Shown: positions 9,587 through 16,464 of the stretch, piece after piece
How positions within the stretch are numbered: position 1 is the stretch's first letter
Layout: each line of letters opens with the position of its first letter
Made by a program: the position numbers and the translations under genes
NCBI RefSeq assembly: GCF_000020025.1
Contig: NC_010628.1
Span: 1,830,001 to 1,862,000, forward strand
Direction: 5' to 3'
Length of the DNA stretch: 32,000 bases
From: Nostoc punctiforme PCC 73102
Lineage (GTDB): Bacteria; Cyanobacteriota; Cyanobacteriia; Cyanobacteriales; Nostocaceae
The notes under the pieces: model-generated
Seen by the model: the letters and a program-made list of their open reading frames with translations, nothing else
What the model was told of the DNA's origin: nothing
Database searches by the model: none

Positions 9587-9693
9587 ACTCTATAGTACCT
9601 GTGTTAATCTGAAGTACTCAAACTAGACTGCTATTTTTGGGTATCTGTGTCTAGCGAATTGTAATTATTAGACTGACATTAAGAGATTGAATT

Positions 9694-10110
9694 ATGAAAT
9701 CCTCTTTTATCACCTTAGTGGTTGTAATTAGCGCACTCTTTCTACCTCAGAGTGTCTATGCTAACCAAGAGAATGTTCCCATTATAACGGTTGATGCTCC
9801 AAAGGAGCCGTTTCACGATCGCAATCAGGCTGGAGTTTTATTGACGGAACCAGCGACGATTACCACTACATGGAGTAATTTTATAGGACAGACCAATAAT
9901 CCCAAACAAACTGCTGAATCAGTTTCGCTAGTGCAGGAACGAGGATGCCAAAAGATGAGTCCGCTTGAGTTCATCAATAATCCAGATGCTTTCTTTAAGG
10001 AATGTCAGAAGCCAGCAAATACCCAAAGTTCTCAACCTACTGAACCAATTGAGTATTTTAAGGTTCCTAAACTCGATTCTGGTATTAGTGTGACAGTTAC
10101 TAAATTTTGA
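9694..10110 (+). CDS. Small secreted protein of unknown function
   Basis: 138-aa ORF with a clear Sec-type signal peptide (MKSSFITLVVVISALFLPQSVYA|NQ). The mature part has two Cys and ends in a beta-strand-like ISVTVTKF. I recognise no family. Confidence 0.55.
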   Translation: MKSSFITLVVVISALFLPQSVYANQENVPIITVDAPKEPFHDRNQAGVLLTEPATITTTWSNFIGQTNNPKQTAESVSLVQERGCQKMSPLEFINNPDAFFKECQKPANTQSSQPTEPIEYFKVPKLDSGISVTVTKF

Positions 10111-10182
10111 TATGGGAATTTTTTTAGTCAGAGATAACTAATTTTTGGTAGTGTAATTTATCTAGATAATTTACGCTAAAAC

Positions 10183-10614
10183 ATGGATAATATTATATTT
10201 ATGTTGGCTGCTTTAGCTCAAAGCAGAAAAGCTTTGCCTGAATGTTTGCCAAACCCACCAGTAGGTTGTGTAAACGTAGATGTCCAAGAGATAGTAGCTC
10301 AAGGGTACACGCAAGTACCAGGAAAACACCATGCTGAGGCTGACGCACTTAAACGGATTCAAGGCAAAGGTTTCAATTTTTTGAAAATGTATGTAACTCT
10401 TGAACCTTGTTCTTTTCATGGACGCACACCTGCATGTGCTTTAGCGATCGCAGAAGATTGTCGTATACATGAAATATATGTATCTATACTTGATCCAGAC
10501 CCCCGCAATAATGGTCAAGGATTAGACATTCTCAGGAAGGCAGGTAAGACAGTCTATGTCGGGTTATGCGCTAATGAAGTCAATACTTTTCTTAACCAAT
10601 ATCTACTAAGGTGA
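10183..10614 (+). CDS. Stand-alone RibD-type (CMP/dCMP-deaminase fold) zinc deaminase domain protein
   Basis: 143-aa ORF. LPNPPVGCV..., HAEADAL and TLEPCSFHGRTPAC match the N-terminal pyrimidine deaminase domain of RibD (HAE ... PCxxxxxxxxC zinc ligands). No reductase domain follows. Confidence 0.8.
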   Translation: MDNIIFMLAALAQSRKALPECLPNPPVGCVNVDVQEIVAQGYTQVPGKHHAEADALKRIQGKGFNFLKMYVTLEPCSFHGRTPACALAIAEDCRIHEIYVSILDPDPRNNGQGLDILRKAGKTVYVGLCANEVNTFLNQYLLR

Positions 10615-10615
10615 T

Positions 10616-10656
10616 GGTTGAAGAGTTCGGTTCAAGTTTCAACCTATTATTATTTT
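10616..10656 (+). terminator. Candidate intrinsic terminator after the deaminase gene
   Basis: GGTTGAA (10616-10622) pairs with TTCAACC (10638-10644). A T-rich TATTATTATTTT tail follows, and the hairpin starts 2 nt after the stop codon. The stem is AT-rich and the loop is long, so this is weak. Confidence 0.35.
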
Positions 10657-10808
10657 CCTAAAAATCTTTGCCACAAGTCAATTATCTATCTTGATACACG
10701 AATATGTAATTGTGTCAAGGAATTGAGAAGGCTTCAAGATGTTTTCTCCTTAAGAGTCTTCGATGATTTCCGACTGATTGGATAGGTGAAGAATCTTGTT
10801 GTTTAAGT

Positions 10809-11069
10809 ATGTTATGCAAGAATCAACTATCCACCTCTAAACGCAAATCTTTTCGTTTCAATAAGATATTAGTAGCGATCGCGGGTGCTGCTGTCTTGCC
10901 AAGTACTACCCTTGGTGCTAGTCTTACCACTGTTACTACTTTTATTCCAAAAAATGTTTCCAAGAGCAATCAAATTGATGATACCGCATTCAATGCAGAT
11001 GTCTGCGTGCAGTATGACACAAGTACAATTGTCACAAATACCTGCGTCATCGTCATCCTAAATCCCTAA
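10809..11069 (+). CDS. Possible small exported protein (hypothetical)
   Basis: 86-aa ORF. It has a basic N-terminus (KRKSFRFNK) followed by a hydrophobic ILVAIAGAAVLPSTTLGA, which is signal-peptide-like. The C-terminal part is Thr/Val-rich with Cys residues. No family recognised; it could be non-coding. Confidence 0.3.
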   Translation: MLCKNQLSTSKRKSFRFNKILVAIAGAAVLPSTTLGASLTTVTTFIPKNVSKSNQIDDTAFNADVCVQYDTSTIVTNTCVIVILNP

Positions 11070-11473
11070 TTATAACTATTGAACCGGATTCATAAAGGAA
11101 GCTGTTCTTGAGTAGGAGAAGTGCATTCGTTTATGTTTCAAAATCGGCTGCTATGTACTCGGCTTGAGATGGTTTTATTATCTAATAAAAAATAGAAGTA
11201 AAAAATGGATATTTTATATTTAATTAATTTCATTTAATTGGAATTACATAGATGTAGATTCAGACTATGAGAATTTTAAAAGCTTTGTAATTTAATAATT
11301 CAGAATTGTGTTGGTATTTACTATTAGTGACTGAATCTTGTGTGGATGAAATCGTTGCTCGGTCAAGGTTTCCTTTTTCTGCTAATTCCATTGGAGAATT
11401 TAAGTAGACATAATTCTGTTTGAAAATATGCAATTTTTCAGAATAAAATAGTTGGATTATTTTAAAGGATATA

Positions 11474-11543
11474 GTGATAATACTTTAGGGTAATTGATTT
11501 GTGACTGGTGATAATGTTAGTATTATAGGGTGGGTTGATTTTG
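11474..11543 (+). repeat. Imperfect tandem duplication carrying two GTGATAAT (-10-like) boxes upstream of the sigma-factor gene
   Basis: Copy 1 (11474-11501) is GTGATAATACTTTAGGGTAATTGATTTG. Copy 2 (11508-11543) is GTGATAATGTTAGTATTATAGGGTGGGTTGATTTTG. The shared blocks are GTGATAAT, TAGGGT and TTGATTT(T)G. It lies 155-225 nt upstream of the ATG at 11698. Confidence 0.6.
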
Positions 11544-11697
11544 GGTTTATTATCTCCAACAATTGACTTGTAATGTATCATAGACCAGAATTCATCAGTA
11601 TTGCCAATTGATTGATTAGCAGTGTGAAATGGTTGTGGGTCTGAATATCTAGACTTGATACCACTAAATTGATGAGGTTACAGAGGAGCAAATAACC

Positions 11698-12717
11698 ATG
11701 AGCAACTTAACATCTCCACCTACCGAAGTTCAAAAAACGAAGAAAAAAAGTTTAGCCGCAGATAAAAAACCTCGAGCTACAGATGATATTGTGCGTAGTT
11801 ATCTGCAAGAGATCGGGCGTGTAGATTTGTTGACTCGCGAACAAGAGGTTATTTTTGCCCAACAAGTGCAGCTAATGATGAATTTACTAGCTGCTAAAGA
11901 AGAATTAGCTGTGAAATTAGACCATGAACCCACACTGCAAGAATGGGCAGATCGAGTGGAGTTAGGTGCTGAGGTGCTAGAGCTACAGTTAAGTCAGGGC
12001 CACCAAGCCAAGCAGAAAATGATTCAGGCTAATCTCCGGTTAGTGGTAGCAGTGGCGAAAAAATACCAGCACCGCAATCTGGAATTTATGGATCTAATTC
12101 AAGAAGGTACTTTGGGTTTAGAGCGAGGGGTGGATAAATTTGATCCTGCTCTTGGCTATAAGTTTTCTACCTACGCTTACTGGTGGATTCGTCAAGGAAT
12201 TACGCGAGCGATCGCTCAACAAGGACGGACAATTCGCTTACCAATTCATGTCTTTGAGAAACTGAACAAAATTAAACGGGTACAGCGAGAATTATCTCAA
12301 CAGCTAGGTCGCGTTCCCACTACTGCTGAAATTGCTAATGCGTTATCTTTGACACCTAGCCAAGTTAGAGAGTGTTTATACTTGGCTCGTCAACCTTTCT
12401 CGCTAGAGGCACGAGTTGGCGAACAACAAGATACAGAATTGCAGGACATCCTAGAGGATGACGGCCCTTCTCCTGAAGACTATGCTGTTGAAGAATCTCT
12501 CCACCAAGACTTACAAGACTTGTTGGCAAAGTTGTCTCCGCAACAACGAGAAATATTAACCCTGCGATTTGGTCTGACTGATGGCTATGAACTTTCTTTA
12601 GCACAGATTGGCGATCGCATGGGTATTAGTCGAGAACGGGTACGTCAGATTGAGCAAAAAGCTCTCAGTCTCCTCCGACGACAAAAGGAACAAGTACGTA
12701 GTTATTTAGCTAGCTGA
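11698..12717 (+). CDS. Group-2 (RpoD-like, non-essential type) sigma-70 factor
   Basis: 339-aa ORF. Region 1.2 is DIVRSYLQEIGRVDLLTREQE. Region 2 is NLRLVVAVAKKYQHRNLEFMDLIQEGTLGLERGVDKFDPALGYKFSTYAYWWIRQGITRAI. Region 3 is RTIRLPIHVFEKLNKIKR. Region 4.2 is LSLAQIGDRMGISRERVRQIEQKAL. A GAGGAG RBS lies 11-16 nt upstream. Confidence 0.9.
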   Translation: MSNLTSPPTEVQKTKKKSLAADKKPRATDDIVRSYLQEIGRVDLLTREQEVIFAQQVQLMMNLLAAKEELAVKLDHEPTLQEWADRVELGAEVLELQLSQGHQAKQKMIQANLRLVVAVAKKYQHRNLEFMDLIQEGTLGLERGVDKFDPALGYKFSTYAYWWIRQGITRAIAQQGRTIRLPIHVFEKLNKIKRVQRELSQQLGRVPTTAEIANALSLTPSQVRECLYLARQPFSLEARVGEQQDTELQDILEDDGPSPEDYAVEESLHQDLQDLLAKLSPQQREILTLRFGLTDGYELSLAQIGDRMGISRERVRQIEQKALSLLRRQKEQVRSYLAS

Positions 12718-12801
12718 GGTTATTTTTCCACAATTTAGAGCAATAAAATTTGGTCATTTTGGGGGAAAATAAACCTAAGCAATCTCTATCAAAGATTTGA
12801 T

Positions 12802-13299
12802 ATGGGCACATCAAAGACAGTGCAACAATTGCAAGCGCAATGGGTGAGTTCTGAAAACTTTCGGCGTTATGGACAAGTAATTTTTGCTAGTCTTGATGGC
12901 AAAGGTTACGATGTGGAAGATGCCCAGTTAAACCTGCAAAACGGGATTCCACGATTTTATATCATGCGGTTGGAGAAGAGAGGGCGAAAGTTTCACAAAA
13001 TTACTCGCCATGTACAATGCACTCAATGTCTGGGTTCTTTGGAAGGCAAGGATTGGTTAATTACTGTTTGTCCTCCACATAATGAGGTGAATGAACCAGT
13101 ATTAGAAGAGATTGCTGCTTTTCGCATTCCGGGGAATTGTTTTATCAAGCTACATGAGGGTACTTGGCACGCTGGCCCCCATTTTGACCATGAAACTGTG
13201 GATTTTTATAATTTGGAATTAGCTGATACAAATGTGGTGGATCATTTCACTCATGATTTTTTTAAGAGTCATCAATTAGAGTTTGAGATGATTCTATAA
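12802..13299 (+). CDS. Ureidoglycolate lyase/hydrolase (AllA)-family cupin-like protein
   Basis: 165-aa ORF. FRRYGQVI near the N-terminus, ITRHVQCTQCLGSLEGKDWLITV and GTWHAGPHF follow the pattern I remember for the AllA family (F..YG.vi ... RH..t.Q.f.p..g ... WH). Recalled consensus only. Confidence 0.55.
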   Translation: MGTSKTVQQLQAQWVSSENFRRYGQVIFASLDGKGYDVEDAQLNLQNGIPRFYIMRLEKRGRKFHKITRHVQCTQCLGSLEGKDWLITVCPPHNEVNEPVLEEIAAFRIPGNCFIKLHEGTWHAGPHFDHETVDFYNLELADTNVVDHFTHDFFKSHQLEFEMIL

Positions 13300-13452
13300 A
13301 TGTGGTTCTCCTAAATTTGCGATCGCTGTATTCATTTTATTTACGCTTCTTTTGTCAGTCACTTTCTGAGTATTCGGCTATCAACCTAGAATCGTTGCAG
13401 TGCATCCTCTATTCGCCAATTTTATCCTCAAAGGAGTTGGTGATTTGGGCTT

Positions 13453-15165
13453 TCAAAGCCAATTACCGATCGCAATCATTGGTGCCCAATATACAGGATT
13501 ATCATAGCTGGGATTTATCCCTTCAGATGGCGGTAATTTTCTAGCATGAATCATTCTAATTTGGGCTTTTTGCAATGCCTCCGCAATACTCATGTCAGTA
13601 TTGCGATAATTGGTGTAAAATGCTTTGACTAGTTCCGATGTTGAGTCATCTGTGACACTCCACAAAGATGCGATCGCACTTTTAACCCCAACTTGCAATG
13701 CAACTCCAGCTAATCCTAGTGTGGCCCGATCGTCGCCAACTGCGGTTTCACATGCAGTCAATGTGAGTAATTCGACGCTATCCGATTTGCTGGTGAGGTT
13801 TCGCAGTGAGTTTTCTAATTGACTGATGGTAAGTTTTTGGTTTTTGCCTGTGACAATAAAAGTGTCTTCAGGAATGATCCCAAATTGGGCGTGGCTAGCT
13901 ATGTGAACAATAGGATATGTGTTTTTGTCAAGTGTTTTCTCAAAATTTTCAGGGGAAAAGTTTTCATCAATGAGGTCGGTATGATTAGGAAATATACTTT
14001 CAACTGCGCTAACTTCATTGGGAACAGCAAAAAGTTGATCAAAAGTCTTCCCGTCAATTGTGGATTTTTCAGTTAAACCCAAAATTAATGCTTTTTGTGT
14101 ACTGCGATCGCGGGCTTTAGGTGTGGTAAGTCGTAAACTGGGGGTTGTGGCAATTGCATAAGTTTCGACTAAATATTTCTGTTGTTGGCTGTCGTAAAGT
14201 GCTGCCATTGGAACGCTACGCAAAAATCCATCCTGAATAAACACCAGGGTTTTGACTTTCTCCGGCTTGATATCTTCAGCAAAGGGGCGAATTATCCAAT
14301 CATAAAGCTGTGCCGCCGTTGTTGTATCGTAGTTAAATTCTTCTTGTCCTTTAACTAATCCTGTGCGAAACTCGGCAATTTTTTGCTGTAGGATGTTGCT
14401 GCTAACTATTTTACTTATACTTTCTTGATTGAGGTCTTCAATCCACTTAAATTTAGTGGTCTGATTGGGTAATTGCAATAACATCCCAGTTTTGCCATCT
14501 AAAATTATGGAACTCAAAAACCCAGTATTCTTAAAGGCTACACTATTATCCTTGAGAAGTTCTCCCACCTGTTTGGGATTCAAGGAACTTAAAATGCAAT
14601 CATTACCAAAATAATTCTGTAATTCTGCTAGTTTCAAAGCATCTATGGTTTTAACTACTTCTGATAATTCCTTGGCGCGTCGTTCATCGGCGATTGCACC
14701 AACTCCTAGCAAATCGAGCCGCGACTGTGCCAATGTCCGATACAATGGTCGCACAACATCGCGGAAATCAAACTGTACATCTCGTTCGGCGGTTAAAATA
14801 TCGCTGCGGATATCTTCGAGGGTATCAAATGCTCGTTGATAGGATGCGATCGCTTCTTCTTTTCGATTCTGTCGATCTAAAATTCGTCCCGCTTGCCACT
14901 CCCACAAATACAAGCTATCTTTGGCACTCAACTTATTATCTGCTGCTACTATTGCAGTTTGGGTATATTTTAATGCTTCTGTTTCTTGCTCTGATTGGCA
15001 CTCCCAGAAATGACCCAAAGCACCGTTAGAATAAGAAAGTAGACGATTATCTTGTAAATTTTGACTTGCTGATACTGACTTTTGTAGCAAGCTTAATACA
15101 TCTGCATTGGGTAAAATAAATTTATTTGGACAGTAAGTAAAAGGTGAAGTTCCTTTAGGCATCAT
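13453..15165 (-). CDS. CHAT (caspase-like) protease domain: the 3' portion of an IS-split TPR-CHAT gene
   Basis: 570-aa ORF. The catalytic dyad context is IVHIASHAQF (His) and LLTLTACETAVGD (Cys). The C-terminal YWAPMIAIGNW is typical of CHAT proteins. The first three codons (ATG ATG CC-, 15158-15165) lie inside the IS inverted repeat, so native coding sequence starts at 15157. Confidence 0.85.
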   Translation of the reverse strand: MMPKGTSPFTYCPNKFILPNADVLSLLQKSVSASQNLQDNRLLSYSNGALGHFWECQSEQETEALKYTQTAIVAADNKLSAKDSLYLWEWQAGRILDRQNRKEEAIASYQRAFDTLEDIRSDILTAERDVQFDFRDVVRPLYRTLAQSRLDLLGVGAIADERRAKELSEVVKTIDALKLAELQNYFGNDCILSSLNPKQVGELLKDNSVAFKNTGFLSSIILDGKTGMLLQLPNQTTKFKWIEDLNQESISKIVSSNILQQKIAEFRTGLVKGQEEFNYDTTTAAQLYDWIIRPFAEDIKPEKVKTLVFIQDGFLRSVPMAALYDSQQQKYLVETYAIATTPSLRLTTPKARDRSTQKALILGLTEKSTIDGKTFDQLFAVPNEVSAVESIFPNHTDLIDENFSPENFEKTLDKNTYPIVHIASHAQFGIIPEDTFIVTGKNQKLTISQLENSLRNLTSKSDSVELLTLTACETAVGDDRATLGLAGVALQVGVKSAIASLWSVTDDSTSELVKAFYTNYRNTDMSIAEALQKAQIRMIHARKLPPSEGINPSYDNPVYWAPMIAIGNWL

Positions 15166-15186
15166 GTAAAAATAACTTGAACAATT
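15158..15186. repeat. IS left terminal inverted repeat
   Basis: GGCATCATGTAAAAATAACTTGAACAATT, compared with the reverse complement of the right end GGAGTTATGTAAAAATAAATTGAACAATT. Confidence 0.8.
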
Positions 15187-15232
15187 TGCTGAATGGTAAG
15201 ATGATCAGAATGTAACCGAATTAAAGGCTTAT

Positions 15233-16464
15233 ATGTCTGATAAGCAGGTAGTAGAAAGCATTCAAGACAAGTACGATTCGTTATCGCCTTATTTGAATGA
15301 GAAAACACGGCGTATTTGGGCAGCAATTGAAGCCCGAAGCCTGGGCTGGGGAGGCGTGAGTCAGGTTGCGCTCGCAACTGGACTATCCCGGACTACAATC
15401 CATGCTGGGATACGGTTATTGTTAGACGCTTCGGGGGAAAAAACCTCGAATGATGATAGTAATCGAATTCGTTCGTCAGGTGCTGGACGTAAACTACTTG
15501 AAGAAAAAGACGCAATGCTGCTATCAGATTTAGAATCGCTGATTGAACCAGTGACACTGGGAGACCCAGAATCTCCTCTAAAATGGACTTCTAAAAGTGT
15601 TGTGAAACTGGCTGCGGCATTAAACATTGGGGGACATAGGACTAGTCCTAAAAGTGTTTATAACTTACTTGAATCGCTTGGCTACAGCTTACAATCAAAT
15701 CGTAAAACCCGTGATGGCTCATCTCATCCAGATAGAGATGATCAGTTTTTACATATTTCCAACCAAGTCTTGCACTTTCAATCCCAGAACGAACCCGTAA
15801 TTTCAGTTGATACAAAAAAAAAGAATTAATTGGAGATTTTAAAAATTCTGGAACCGAGTGGTGTGAAAAGGAACAGCCAATTGAGGTGAAAATGCATGAT
15901 TTTGTTGACCCCAAGTTGGGCAAGGCAATTCCCTACGGAATTTATGACTTAACCTCAAATCAAAGATGGGTAAATGTTGGCATTGACCACGATACCGCAG
16001 AGTTTGCAGTCGAGTCTATTCGTCATTGGTGGTACTCAATGGGTAAACAAGTTTATCCCAGCAGTGAGCATATAATGATTACGGCTGATTGCGGTGGTAG
16101 CAATAGTTATCGCTCACGATTGTGGAAATTGAAGTTACAAGAATTAGCAACTGATACTGGTAAAACTATTCATGTGTGTCATTTTCCTCCAGGCACAAGT
16201 AAATGGAATAAGATTGAGCATCGCTTGTTTTGTCACATTACCCAAAACTGGCGAGGCAGACCATTAACTAGCTTGCAAGTTGTGATTAATCTAATTCGCA
16301 ATACTACCACCACACAAGGATTAGAAGTTGAAGCTAGATTAGATCCAAATCTCTACAAAACGGGAATCAAGGTTACAGACCAAGAGCTTGATACTATCGC
16401 AATCGAACGAAATTCTTTTCATGGTGAGTGGAACTATATTATCAAACCCAAAGTAGTCAGTTAA
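15233..16464 (+). CDS. ISAzo13-family DDE transposase, split into two ORFs (15233-15829 and 15886-16464) at an A9 tract. It needs a -1 shift or one extra A to be read through; otherwise it is a pseudogene
   Basis: The N-terminal ORF has ...LSPYLNEKTRRIWAAIEARSLGWGGVSQVALATGLSRTTIHAG... and ends SVDTKKKN*. Frame -1 continues KELIGDFKNSGTEWCEKEQPIEVKMHDFVDPKLGKAIPYGIYD. The second ORF has VCHFPPGTSKWNKIEHRLFCHITQNWRGRPLTS and FHGEWNYIIKP. All of these are signatures I associate with ISAzo13-family transposases. Confidence 0.85.

Noticed and set aside
10616-10644. A tRNA-like T-arm (GGTTCAAGT) after the deaminase gene.
   Set aside because: No acceptor, D or anticodon arms can be drawn. The hairpin plus T-rich tail right after a stop codon is better read as a weak terminator.
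13302-15923. Plus-strand ORFs opposite the CHAT gene (13302-13544, 13625-13822, 13819-14076, 14645-14839, 14694-15029) and minus-strand ORFs inside the IS (15162-15377, 15361-15627, 15648-15923).
   Set aside because: They are antisense shadows of strongly supported genes and have low-complexity or unremarkable translations.
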